A DNA stretch of 64,000 nucleotides from Eledone cirrhosa. Lineage: Eukaryota. Below, in pieces: positions 11,558 through 24,869 of the stretch. Both the position numbers and the translations under genes were made by a program. The number at the start of each line of letters is the position of its first letter. Position 1 is the stretch's first letter. A model generated the notes under the pieces. The model worked only from the letters and a program-made list of their open reading frames with translations. It did not search any database and had not been told where the DNA came from. The stretch covers positions 91,760,001-91,824,000 of the forward strand of contig OZ024740.1 in the NCBI GenBank assembly GCA_964016885.1, read 5' to 3'.

Positions 11558-14304
11558 AATATATATATCTATAAGTACTATCTTCCCATTCTCTTAAACC
11601 GATTTCCTAACTTCCCTTCAATCTTCTCCCACCTATCTCTAATCCACTACTTGATATCTACGCTTAAACATAGGGCTCAATTACCACTACCAACACCCCA
11701 ATTTACTTTTATATAATTACTTGAGGAACAACATGTTTTATGTAGATACATTTAAGAAAATTCACAAAGAGAGAGCCAAACTATTTTTTAAGAGAAAATC
11801 TTAAAACATTATTTTTAAAAAAGTACTAAAGAATGACCTGGAACTCTATGGACATCGGGCGTGGATATGGACCTTGGCAGTTTCGACCCCTGCCAATGGT
11901 ACTGCTGGTATATCCAGGTTCACATCATTTGACATAAGCGAAACGCCGTCCAGTGTGCTGTGAGCTAAAATGTGTGGTGCTTCGTATAGTACGAAATACG
12001 AGAAAAAACCACCAAAATAGGAAGAAGAATTACTTTTGAAAATGAAAATACGACAGAAGGACACATTACACATAGATCATCGTCCATTGCGATGGATTTC
12101 AGCAGTTGCGATCGCATCCAACGGTACTGCAGGTCCTCCATTTGTCATAGCGTCTGACATTAGCCAATCCCTATCCTTTGGAGCAAGATACGTGAGACAA
12201 ATAATTAATTTATAGCAATTAAACTACAAAAACATGTTGTATGATGTCATAGAATTGTGTATGAAGTCAGGGAAAATGTGAGGTGCCTCTTATAGCACAA
12301 ACTAACAAAACGATGACACAAATAGAAAGGAAGTATATAGCAAGAAAAAGTAAGATTTCGTGTTAAAAAAATGTAAGCCATAACTGGGTGAAGGATAGAT
12401 AAGCCTGTTCGTCACATTAGTAGATAAACTGAAGAAAATTAGCAAAGTTAGGACAAAACAGCAAACGGAAACAATTCAAAATGAAAAACATTTTTTTAAG
12501 GGGATTTTGATGCAATGTACCTGATACCATAACATCCATTGCTCCTTATATATTGTAATTAAAACTGATAATTTTTCACGATACAACTTATTCTATGCTA
12601 TATATTGACAGTGAAGTCTATATCTTACTATTTAGTAACACAAACAGTTTTACGGAAGCTAGATAAACGTTTACGTAGATAGTATATTTGTAATTTTACG
12701 TATAGAGTTTGTTTAATATAATATATGTTTGTATTTTGTATGAGTTAATTTTTTTCAAACAAGACTATCTGTATATTAATTAATATGTCACTGCGAGAAT
12801 GTATCAACCTATGTTGCTGTCAAATTGAAATGAGCACGTTACGACGTTTGTATATTTCATATGCCTTTATTCTTTTATATTTACGTAAATTATTCTAACA
12901 TCTCTTTACTCATTGTAAATATCAGAATGCTTTAATATAAAAATAACTTAACGCTATTTGTTCACACACACAAAAACACAGAGACCCTAATATATATAGT
13001 TCCTGAGACACACAGAAGATTATAATATATAATATTTGATTTATTCATCAAATAATATCAAGAAATCTTGTATCATTATAGCAAGATAATATTTTCTGAA
13101 TCATGCTGATATGTATATTTACAACACTAAACGAAATAGAAAGCTATTGAATATAGATAAAATATTTTAAAATTTGTTTTGGAAAATTATTTTCGAATTT
13201 GCTTTCAAGATATGTTTACCATATAACTATTATCTTTGCTAGATATCGCATTAAACTATGGAGTTGAAATTAGACAGGTTTGAAATTCAATTATTATTGA
13301 TACTGGTGTATAAGCGAGACTAAGAGAGAAGGTTAAATTCCCAAACGCAAAGCAGAACAAATGCGATTTTATTGAATGAATAAAGATCATGCACTTTCGT
13401 GGCCCGTATAAGCAGTTTCAAAGGAAGATACAACATTTAGAACCGAACGCAAATCAAAAGATTTTGTTTATAAGAATGAAGAAAGATGAATCTATTTGTA
13501 GACTATTTCAGAATGATTCACATACTTCTGGCTCATTGAAAAGTTGAAATCTCATAATTAATTTCGATACGAAACTAGAATACACAACACATTCATACAG
13601 TGTATTCGATCTGCAGATAAATGAGATAATGGCTAAATATTTAATGGTAGTCAGAATAATCACTACACATTCTACAGTCAGTGTTCTGGTTAAATTAGAT
13701 AATGGATCCTCTGGGTAAATTGATGATTGGTTATCTTTTCAGCGCAACATGTGAAATGAGATTTTGTTGTCGGACAGCAATTATTTGTGGTTACGATAAA
13801 CTCCTTTGGATTGCAACAATAATAGAGAGTGTTCATATATATATAGTTTGTGGTTTGTAATGACATATGCACTATAACACTAATGCATATGAGATCCTTA
13901 ACGTTAACACCTTTCAGAAAGCAAACTTATATTTGCCAATAATTAGCTTACTTAAGCATGTATACATAAATAAAAGAAAGCCTTACTGCAGGATATTATA
14001 TGAAACGCAACCTCAACAGCATTTAAGGAGCGAGTGTACAACAATAGAAGCGGCCTGGGTCAAAAAATATTGGTTGGCAGGATACGATGGGGGTCCACCT
14101 ACATATAGAATGCTATCATTTAATTTGTATGATGAATAAATAACATTTTCAAAAAATACATAAGTCGAAACAAACAAAACAGTGCAATCACATTTTTGCA
14201 GGAAAATATCTTACAATCTACAATAAAAAATCTTATGCATTTTGCAAAATCCAGAGACATTCAATAATGACCTTCGGTCTTTCACACTCACTCAATATAT
14301 ATAT

Positions 14305-14412
14305 ATACGTTATTGCGCGTTGAATCGGAGGTAACCACAGTCAGTAAGGTACTCAATACATAGCAGAGTATAACATAATGAAACAGTTCTAGTTCTGTAG
14401 AATTTCATCTAT
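14305..14412. repeat. Short PLE terminal remnant between (TA)n tracts, related to 35321-35505
   Basis: Shares gaggtaaccacagt…aaggtactcaataca…gcagagtataa and atgaaacagttcta…tgtagaat…catcta. Confidence 0.6.
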
Positions 14413-15949
14413 ATATATATATATATAGAAAAGATGAATATAAAATGAAAGTGCTTTTTTTTTTAAAGGAATTTATTAGGTTTTGACATATGTTTCTGTA
14501 ACAGACGGAATACCTATGTATCGCTGCTTGCGTAATCATATAATGTTAGCAAGTATTCGATAGCAAATGTATAATCAGTTGTCACTTCTTCAGAGATATT
14601 GGATACATTGGAAAAAATCAGAAAAATTGAAGTATTTATATTAGTTGTAATAAAGGAAGAAGAGAGGAGTAGTATATGACAGGTGGCAATTCAATTTACT
14701 GGTAAACAATTATATAAAGAGTTTCTAATGAGAATACAATGAGTATATGGTTTATTTTATCTAAATAAGAATGTTTGGGAGCGCCTATTTTAATCTATAC
14801 ATGACCAATTGAACAATGGGCAGGGCTGGTCGTTTGGTGTAGTAGTATTAATTATAAAGTCTCAATTAAGGAAGAGGGAGATGTTTACTGCTACTGAATA
14901 ACAACAATGCTGGTAGCCTGCTGGTATATGCATTAGGGAATTGTTATTGCTCCTTCTTAAGGTCGACTTCTAAATCAGTTGGGTAGTCCATAAACTATAT
15001 TGTTGTTGTGTTTCACATCTATCTAGACTGTATTTTCACCTGTAATCCACGTTCCATATCGTTCTACCTCAATTCTCCTCCTCCTCTCTCTCTTTCTCTC
15101 TATTGGAATCTACTACGATTAGGGCTCACCTTATTCACATATATTGGTTTTTGCAGGTCAGTTAGATTCAAATTACAATGATTGGCATTACACATACTAG
15201 CTGACGTACCCAGCTTCGCCCGGGTAAACAGATGATGAGAGAAGACAGGTAAAAGAGAAAATGACTGTATTGGTTGTTCGTCTGGTTACATTATGAGGCG
15301 AGTCCGTGGCGTCTGTGTGATACAAAAAACAGTAAAAATAATCTTCCAGATATACCAGATACTTCGTTGTACCGTTTGTGCATAGTATATGAACAATTCT
15401 AGGTGCTCCCATCTAGAATAGTGACACCTAGAATAGTGACCTCTAGGAGATGGTTTATCTTCTGCCTGACTGTAAAACGTGTATCATTGCATAGACGTGG
15501 TTGTTCCACGTTTCTCAAAAGGATGATGGCAGTTCCAATCTTTTATATTATATGTAGATATAGATATAGATAATTAATATAAAATATGTAAAAAGGTCCC
15601 TATTTACTTGAAATGGTTTATACAAATGCCAAATTAATATGGATATGGATAACATGTTTATCTATAAGTGGTCAGCTATAATAATAAAACAACAAATTAT
15701 ATGACACAAAAATGTATTCAGTAATTTCCAGGCTCTTAGCCACTGAGTAATAGACATCAATATTTTCCCCAGAGTTCAACTCGGGGAGGTGGCCTGGTTT
15801 GAACTCCAAATGGCGGATCCTTCTACTTCGAAAATAGAATCGTTTTTCAATATTACTCTAGCCCTGGCCGGCCATAGGCACCAAACTTTTTGCCAGACTC
15901 AGCTTATGATGTGGTTTTATTACTACCGCTATCAGAAGCGATACATTTG

Positions 15950-16297
15950 AAGGCAATTCCTACCAATACTTGTTGGTTTTTATTGCTCATTATCGACAAT
16001 AAATGATATTGAACAGAAATGATAACTCTGTCAAAGCTCACAATACTGATCAAAGGACAGCAATGTCTGAATCATTTACGTCGAATATTCATAGCAGTGA
16101 AGGCAATTTCTACCAATACTTGTCGGTATTTATTGCGCAAAATAGCAGAGAAAGCAATATTTACCAATACTTGTTTGTTTTTATTGCTCATAACGACATT
16201 AAATGATATTGAACATAAATGATAACTCTGTCAAAGCTCACAATAATGATCAAATGTCACCAATGTCCGAATCATTTACGTCGCTTATTCATAGCAT
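15950..16297. repeat. Tandem duplication (~200-bp period) in the Helitron 3' non-coding region
   Basis: aaatgatattgaaca…gataactctgtcaaagctcacaat…gaatcatttacgtcg repeated at 16001 and 16201. Confidence 0.85.
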
Positions 16298-16313
16298 TAA
16301 AGATATGCATACA

Positions 16314-19300
16314 TCAATTCAAAGCTTCATTATAGACAATATTCAGGGTCGTTCCTCTGTTAGTGGTATCAACTGCAAATGTTACACCATCAGCATCGCA
16401 CACTCGAGATGCAGCAACATGGCTGATTGCTGGATCATTCAAATAGACACCGACTCGCTTGAAAGTCTGTCCTTGTGCCTTGTTGACAGTCATGGAGAAG
16501 GCCAGATTGACGGGAAACTGTCTCCTTTGCCAAATAAATGCCAGCAGAACTTCACTTGGTATCAGCATGATCATCGGAATGAGAACCAAGTCCTCTCTTC
16601 CTGGGAGTTTAGCTTCTAGAACTCTTCCATTATCATTCTCTCAACAATCAATCTAGTGCCATTGCAAATACCCATTTTATGATTGATATTTCTAAGCAAT
16701 ATAATCGGCATACCCTTTTTCAACCTCAAAATATGTGTGTGTGGGGGGGATCCGGGTATTTGACGTGAATTCAGATACTTCTGTCAGAACATCCATATTG
16801 TTCTGCTGATTAGGCTCCATTGCATCCACACTGACGGTCAACCATTCCTCTACTTGTGAATTTATTTCATCGACCGTTGCATTCGTATGTGTTAAAATAA
16901 CGCGTTCCGATATCCAGGAGATATTCTGCCAAAAAACATTCAAATTAGGGAACACCCAGTCAATCAATGCTTGGAGGTCCAGTGGCATGACCAAATGGTC
17001 TGGGATTCTTACAGTCTGATTATCACCAAGTGTGGCAATTCCTCGTTTCCTAACTGCATCAGCCATTGGCCGTATGTCTCAGCCCCTTCGTTTTGACCGA
17101 ACATACGAAGTCTCATATTATCGTGTAATAGCAAAACTCTGAAATGGCGCCGCAACGGTGACTTTTTCAGACATGCATTGACAATTTGCACTCTTTGAGC
17201 ATTGATAACAATTGGTAGCACCTGTCTCAAATCGCCACCAAGAACGATAGTCTTACCACCGAATGGCAAGTCACTACCGCAGATATCTCTCAAAGTTCTG
17301 TCCAATGCCTCCAGCAAATGTCTGAGTCCATTGGAGCCTCGTCCCAAATAATCAGAGACGTATTGCGTATAAGGCACGCGAGTTCACTTTGTCCTGTAAT
17401 GTTACAGACACTCAACTCATCCGGAGCCAATGGAGCCTTGAAATATGAGTGGAAGGTCCTTCCACCACTCAGCAAAGTGGCAGCGATCCCACTGGTGGCC
17501 ACAGAGAGAGCAATCATCCTCTAGCTCTGACTGCCGATAACATAGTATTGAAAAAGAATGTATTTCGGGTGCCTCCTGGAGCATCTATGAAAGTACAAAG
17601 TTACTCATTAGTGGAAATCGAGTGGAAAACGCCATCGACCAAATCTCTCTCAGATTGGGTCAACATTGGCATACGTTCATCCACAATACGTTGCTGTTCT
17701 AGTGCATCAAACTGGAATAGTTCCCTCCAATCAAGTGGCAACCGTCTAAGTTGCAATCTCATGTTTAATGCTAAGACACGTTGCTGCATTTCTTCATCAG
17801 AGATTGGGAAATTGAAATCTGTTAAACATCTGAAATGAACTTCAAGCATTTGCTCAATGTTGAGCAAAACAATAGCTTTCATCAAATTTTCATCACCGAC
17901 CTGAAGGTGATGCCTAAAATCTTCAGCCATAATTCCCCAATGGCGTTCAAATAACCCTCTTGGATCGGTAGGATTGCAGAATCCTAGAATCGTGACAAAC
18001 AACTGCCATATTTGAGCTGGCATCTGTGTTGTTCCTGCAACTTCCATGGCGTTATTCCATTTAGCGTCATACTGAAGGAGTCCCAGATGCTGACATACAG
18101 ACTGGTATGCTTCATATTCCACGCCATTGATTGTTTTCAAATCAGCGAAGCTCTATTTACCTCTCGAAAAATCACTATACAACAGAATTCGGAGATAAAA
18201 CACATCACCAGATGTTGGATGGACATTACAAACACGTCCAATAATCATGCATCTCAACTTTTGCTTTCTAACATTCCATTTCTTTCCCTTCTTATCCAAC
18301 GTATAGTGCGAAGGGAAATCGCAGTAGAGTTGCCTTTGATCCGGGTTCAGAGCATGTTCTCTGTTATGCTTGAACCACTCAGTCAATTCCGTCTTCAGAG
18401 CTGGTGCGTTAGCAATTCTTTCGAAACCTCTTCTAGTGTCCTGAAAACAGACCGTTTGCCTATTCTCTGAGTGAACCGTCAGTTTCTGAACGCTGGATTT
18501 GCGTTTTTGAGATCAAAATCGAACAATTTCCAGCAAGCTTCGCTAGATTCAATCGAGCGAATATCCTGGAACCTGCCAACATCATCTCCTTGGTTCGCTT
18601 CCTCATTCCTGACATTGATCATTGCCCGATCATGACCTTTGTAAACATAGTTGAATATATATTTGCAAGCTTTCATTGAGCTACACATTTCTGTTTGAAA
18701 CCCCCATCTCTGCGATTGAGGACGATATCTCTCGATCAAGGCTTATCGTCCATCCACACAGCAACTTCACGAAATCCTTCAGGGGCATTATATCGCCGTT
18801 CATGTTGATTCCTTGGCACTGCGTCAGCCTTAATCACCAATGTTTGCTGTCTAAGCCATGATTGAAAATCACGGATCAAATCACTTAACCTTTGCCGTTC
18901 AAGTTCAGTTATATTTCCCGGCAACTTCATCCAACCCATCCTGATATCCTCTTCAGATTCACTATAATCTGGATCGTTAACGTACATTTCAGCGAATCGC
19001 GGCCTATCGCCTGGGGTAACTTCTAAGTTACCGATACAATGACACAAACGGCCTTGAATGACTACATTCGGTTGCCATGCTCTACTCTCAAACATCTCAC
19101 TAACTCTCTGCGATGCTAAAGCTAATGAATTGTTAATTTGCCGCGAATATTTGCGCAGTAATCTATCTCGGATTCCTTGATCGCACAACATACTTAGTAT
19201 TTTAAACTCCGGTGACTCCTCATAATCTGGTATTCGCAAGGATTCTAGTTGAACTGCTCTTTTATGACCACACATTGTGGTCCAAGTCTTTTCGTGCCTC

Positions 19301-19740
19301 CAAATCAATGCTCGAAAATGTGGACACTCTACTCGTCCACCAATCTGAAAATGACACGGTTGCCATGATCCATTTTTAATATCATTCCTTCCCCTTCTAG
19401 CCTCTTTACTGGAATGAGGATCACTTTGGCGACATTCTCTGAAATTCTGTTCAGCGAGCTCCTCTTCATCCATCGCAGCACGCAGTTATGGCTGAATTCT
19501 TGCCATCTGCTGATGATGCTCAGCCAGTTCGTCTTCAACCATCGCAGCACGCCGTCGCTGCTTGGCTCCAGTGTTTCGTTGGCGTTGTTCAGCCAGCTCC
19601 TCTTCATTCATGGCGGCACGTCTTCGTCTAACAAGTTCGGCATTCCGATGGCGCTGTTCGGCCCGTTTTTTTCTTCATTGCTGGCTGCACGCCGCCGCCG
19701 CTATAGTTCACTGTTTGATGTAGTAGAATTGCTTTTATTA
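16314..19740 (-). pseudogene. Helitron RepHel transposase pseudogene
   Basis: N-terminal RQINNSLALAS…VIQGRLCHCIG…PRFAEMYVND, HERRYNAP; Rep motif 3 KYIFNYVYKGHD; helicase FIDAPGGT, VATSGIAATLLSGGRTFHS, IIWDEAPM, PFGGKTIVLGGDLRQVLP, RRQFPVNLAFSMTVNKAQGQT; many stops and frameshifts. Confidence 0.93.
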
Positions 19741-19774
19741 TCAGTATTCATATCGAGCAATTGTCAAAAAATGA

Positions 19775-20400
19775 ACAATAATAAATATAAAATATGTCCG
19801 TCAATGTAAAGAAAGGTCCCTAGTTACTCCCTTCACAACTCTGTGTATGTTAGGCTGACAGACAGTTACTCAGACAGATACACGCCGTGGCGATTGTGGA
19901 ACGCCGCACACATACACGCATGGAAACGCGCACACGCACGCAAACTTACACGCGCACACACTCACACATGTTGATAGTTTTTACTTTCTGTGGAACGCTG
20001 CACGCACGCACACACACATACGCGCACGTACATACACACACTCACATGTTAATTGTTATTGCTTTACTTCCCCTCTTATTTTCATACGCATCACACACAC
20101 ACGGCTCTACACTAACACATGTACATAGTGTATAAAAAATGACACAATAATAAATATAAAATATGTCCGGCAATGTAAAGAAAAGTCCTTATTTACTCCC
20201 GTCACAACTCTGGGTATGTTAGACTGACATACAGGCACACATACAGATACATTGCGTGGCGATTGTGGAATGCCACACACATACACGCATGGAAACGCAC
20301 ACACGCACGCAAACTTACACACGCACACACTCACACATGTTGATAGTTTTTATTTCTGTGGAACGCTGCACGCACGCACACACACATTAAATATACGCGC
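19775..20400. repeat. Tandem duplication (~369-bp period, CA-rich) in the Helitron 5' region
   Basis: ataaatataaaatatgtccg…caatgtaaagaaa…cacaactctg at 19781 and 20150. Confidence 0.85.
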
Positions 20401-20621
20401 ACGATGATACACACGCACACATATTACTAGTTATTGAACACAGCGTTCACACTCTTCCCTCTCACTCCCTCATTGGCATTATACATATTAATTTCTGTTT
20501 GGAGTCGTTGATGTGGGCGGAGTCGTTTGAAACCTATGAACTAATGATAATCGAGAATCATGACACACTGAATACTGACGTTCTTCAAATTAATAGATAA
20601 ATATATATATATATATATATA

Positions 20622-20750
20622 TATGGAAAGTTATATTTAAATTGTTGGGTTAACAACGAGTAAATATTTATAACTGATATAAAAGTACTCAACAAGTATT
20701 TGGAGTATATTTATGATATTAAATAAATGGAAACTATATTTATAAAACCA

Positions 20751-20758
<8 letters not shown>
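20622..20758 (-). repeat. Solo 3'-terminal fragment of the Naiad pseudo-LTR between (TA)n tracts
   Basis: Reverse complement matches 30826-30960 (taaatatggttttataaatatagtttccattt…acccaacaatt). Confidence 0.8.
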
Positions 20759-20814
<56 letters not shown>

Positions 20815-21519
20815 GCCTATCATTGTTTGTATATATATATTCCCGCCGCTAGCACCCCCGGCGCTTGAGACTGTTAACATTCCTGGAGTGCTCGGAATCG
20901 GAAAAATAAATTGCACTATCTTTCGGTAGACGAAAAGACTCGGATCGGTAGTCCTCGACGTCGCTGGTTACTGGCCGCTAAACATGGGCTTAGTCTTAAC
21001 TTTATATTCAACCCTGAAACTTTATCGTGACGATCAATAATACACTTAAACTTTTCATAAACGCCTGCTTCTGTAAACTCTTTAACTAAATCTCCCAAGT
21101 TTAAACCTAAATCTTACTTTTGTAATCTTATCTTAAATGACATCTATTAATTCAAATATAAATGTTACATTTCTAATCGTTAATCGTAATGTCTGACCCT
21201 AAAATGAAAAATATACTGTTCAAGCGCCCACTATATATAGCTTTGTTAAAGATATATGATTTTGAAAAAATATATTTCTTAGCTCTTTTTAGCACTTCTG
21301 ACCAACTTCAATGTATCCTGATCCCACCGCTAGCCTCTGTCCGTGACGGGGTGGTAGTAGTACACTATAAGCTTACGCCCCTTCACCAGAAAGATATAAG
21401 AAGAATTGGTAGTCGTCACTTGAAAGGGGTCGACCGAACTAGAAACTGATAAATGTTCGGCCGTCTTCTTGTCTCTCTGCCTTTTCATCCCCATGGATTA
21501 TATTCCTTGGTTAAATTTC

Positions 21520-21579
21520 AAACAACTGATGATTTCACCGGATTCATACTGAACCCGGTCATTGAAATGTTTATAGTTT
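21520..21579 (+). ncRNA. Putative type I hammerhead ribozyme at the 3' end of a (TA)n-flanked, probably PLE-derived segment (~20840-21628)
   Basis: aaacaa-CTGATGA-[accgg…ttca/tgaa…ccggt stem II]-GAAA-tgttta-tagttt, followed by aataaa and (TA)n. Confidence 0.55.
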
Positions 21580-21625
21580 AATAAACCTTTAAGGAATTAA
21601 ACCAGTCTAGCCTGCTGTTGTTTTA

Positions 21626-21705
<80 letters not shown>

Positions 21706-21711
21706 GTATAT

Positions 21712-23205
21712 ATAGCTAAAGGTAAGCCACTCTACTTGGCATTTGTCGACATTGTGGGCTCTTAGAAAACTAAGAGTAGATGAATGGCTTGTGAAAGCGG
21801 TGCAAGCCATGTATAGCGGAGCAGTCAGCAAAGTTTGCATTAGCAATGAGTATAGCGAGGAATTTAGCGTACAGGTTGGGGTCCACCAGGGCTCTGTTCT
21901 TAGCCCCCTCATGTTCATCATAGTCCTGCAGGCAATAACGGAGGAGTTTAAGACCGGATGCCCATGGGAACTCCTGTATGCTGATGACCTCGCACTCATA
22001 GCTGAATCTATGGTAAAACTAGTGAATAAATTCCAAACTTGGAAGCAGGGACTAGAAAGAAAGGGTATCAAAGTCAACATGACAAAGACTAAGGTCCTTG
22101 TAAGTAGACGAGAAAACAGAACCCAGATTCCCTCAGGGAAATGGCCTTGCTCAGTATGTAGGAAAGGTGTAGGTAGGAACTCCAATTTTGCCCCAAATGC
22201 AAACAATGGGTACACAAGAGATGTAGCGTGATCTCAAGAAGCTTAATTAAGAATGTAGCCTTCACATGCAGCAGCTGTGCTGGGAGAGCAAGCAGCAGGA
22301 AACAAGTACCACCAATCTCTGGGAGGGCTCTGTAGAAACAGTAGACAGCTTCTGCTACCTAGGTGACTGAATTAGCAGCGGAGGTGGGTGTTCAGAAAGT
22401 ACAATAACTAGGGTAAGAACGGGATGGAAGAAGTTTCGGGAACAACTACCACTGCTAGCTGCAAAAGGCTTCTCCCTCAGAACGAAAGGCAGACTGTATG
22501 ATGCGTATATCCGAACAGCAATGTTGGTATGGTAGTGAGACCTGGGCGCTGAAGGTGGAAGACTTACGTAGATTAGAGAGAAACGAAGCCTGCATGCTCC
22601 GATGGATGTGTAACAGTAATATACGTGAACGACAAAGCATAAATGAATTGAGAGAGAGACTGAGCATAAGAGGAATCAAATGTTGTGTGCAGGAGAGGCG
22701 GTTGCGCTGGTATGGACATGTGATGCGTATGAAGGATGACAGCTGCATAAAAAGGTGCAGAGCACTAGAAGTTGATGGAAACCACGGAGTGGGGAGACTG
22801 AAGATGACCTGGGATGAGGTGATAAAAGCCGACCTTACCCAATTACACCTCTCAAAGGCAATGACACACGACCGTGACCTCTTGCGTCACGCAGTAATAC
22901 AGAGTACCCGACCTCCCACGGGTACAAGCTGAATCATATAGACAATAAGCCCCCCATCGCAAGGTGGTCGTGGAGGTGCCACAGCAAAAAAGCACCCAGC
23001 CCACACTGTAAAGTGGACGTGTAGGCGCCACGAAAAAGCACCCAGCACTCACTGTAAATGAGGTTGGTGTTATTAAGGGCATCCAACTGTAGAAATCAAG
23101 CCAAATCAGTTCCTGTATGAGAAAGGCATGGTCAGCCGACAAGACACTGCCCACAACAGGACAACCCGTCTAACCCATGCTAGCGTGGAAGAACGGACGT
23201 AAAAG
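21712..23205 (+). mobile_element. RTE-clade LINE, 5'-truncated (RT with Cys/His-rich insert, 3' UTR)
   Basis: KPLYLAFVD, VGVHQGSVLSPLMFIIV, WELLYADDL, GIKVNMTKTK, WPCSVCRKGVG…WVHKRC, YGSETW, RRLRWYGHVMR; 3' end aacccatgctagcgtggaagaacggacgtaaa. Confidence 0.92.
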
Positions 23206-24615
23206 CCTGAAGAGATCACGATGTTTATCGTCATAGAAATATATATAACGGCTCAAATAATAAAGGACTCTAACACCTTAACTTCGCATTTTCATCTTTA
23301 TTAATATACTCCGTCACCCCTGTCATTGGAAATATGGTGCTGAATGCTAGATGTGAATTGCATCCTGGTATACCGAATATAATTAGCTCCCAATATGAGC
23401 GTTTTTTGATACAATCCAATCCGATGAAATAATGCAGAATACATCCCAGGATACGCCGACCCTAACGATTTACTATGGAACAAATTTCGAACCGATTAAT
23501 GAGAGAAACAAAATCAACTACTACCTTTTATGCCCCATTCAACACCCTGGAAAGTGGTTCTCCTGCCAGGTTCCATCCCACCTTGTATAACCACGGACAG
23601 ACTGCGAGGTTCACCGAGATGCAACTGCACGAACCCAAATACCTGAAGCACTGTGAATATAACTGACTCTCTATAACTAGCCGCCACTCAGACATTTATC
23701 ACGGATTTTTCCTTCTATATTTCCTTCATTCTCTGTATAGGTCTTTTTATCTTATATGCATATATACCCCCCACCCCTTTTATTTTATTCTATTTATAAT
23801 CCCTCTTTTCCCCGTTCTTCCTTACTTGTACATTTTTCCTTAAATCAGCAATGTATATTTTGTCTTCACCAGGTTCACCGTTATACCATCTGTAGGATTG
23901 TTTAATCTTTACATTTGTTTAAGTTTTACAATTTTTTTACATTCGTTTATTTTTAAATTTAAGACTCGTTAAATTAGATACTTTAAATGTTACATGTCAG
24001 CCACGACAAGTGGACAGATATTTTCTAATCTTTAGCAAATTGACTGTTGTCTTGACTCCTAACTTTTAACTCTTAACGACTGAAATTTGAAAGTTATTTT
24101 CGGGTTGTGAAACTTTAAATATTTTCTATGATTAGTTATATTCACCATAGCTGAAGGGAACTTTCTCGCTTCTGGGTGATTGTCCCGCCAGAAAAGAATA
24201 GCCGGTACAAATTCACCGAAATACCACTGTTTTCCAAAGCTAGCAATAACATTTTGCTGGCTTGACCTCCTACTGACCATATCGAGTTGACGGCCGAGGA
24301 GGTGGGTGATTGGTGAATAGAGAAAACATCCAGGATTGGTAGTATTCTGGGTGTAGGTGAAGGGGTCAGCCACCCACACACACACCTGCGACATGCGCAG
24401 AGATGTCTGGATGGCCTCAAATAAAATTGCCTCAGAAATGTTACCTTTTAATCAATTTTTTCCGTCTGAATCGATCACGATGTTTATAACGGGTCAAATA
24501 ATAACGGACTCTAACACCTTAACTTCGCATTTTCATTTTTATTATTATACTCCTTCACTCCTGTCATTGGGAATATGGCTTTGAGTGCTAGAAGTGAATT
24601 TCATCAATGTATACC

Positions 24616-24620
<5 letters not shown>
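23206..24620 (+). mobile_element. ~1.25-kb unit with hammerhead-containing terminal direct repeats (23206-23380 / 24466-24620); non-autonomous PLE/retrozyme-like
   Basis: gatcacgatgtttat…caaataata…ggactctaacaccttaacttcgcatttt…tataccgaatata repeated; ends in (TA)n. Confidence 0.7.
23207..23251 (+). ncRNA. Type I hammerhead ribozyme core (5' strand of stem I lost at the RTE junction)
   Basis: CTGAAGA-g-atcacgat/atcgtcat-a-GAAA-tatatata-acgg; the second repeat copy supplies the complementary ccgt directly before CTGAA (24462-24470). Confidence 0.6.
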
Positions 24621-24662
<42 letters not shown>

Positions 24663-24869
24663 AGGAAAAAAGATGAAAACGAAAATGCAAGTGGAGTCTT
24701 TTTTTTTTTAAATATATATTTATTGGGTTCCTTTACCGGTTTCGCAGCTCTTCTGCTTTTCAAAAGTAGAATTGAGATGGAGGGTTTGTGGTTTTTCTCA
24801 CATCTGGTTGGTCTTTGAATGCTAGTTCTGTTTATATATATATATATATTCATTCATTCATTCATCCCC

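Larger units (their letters stand above)
15197..20597 (-). mobile_element. Helitron (Rep/PIF1 helicase) with both termini, internally deleted and degenerate
   Basis: Minus strand: A|TCTATTAATT at 20597; 3' hairpin TACCCGG-gcgaag-CTGGGTA (15207-15226) followed by CTAG|T at 15197; RepHel coding remnants inside. Confidence 0.9.

Noticed and set aside
16314-17600. Host PIF1 helicase gene
   Set aside because: It lies within Helitron termini, is linked to Rep remnants, has no introns and is disrupted
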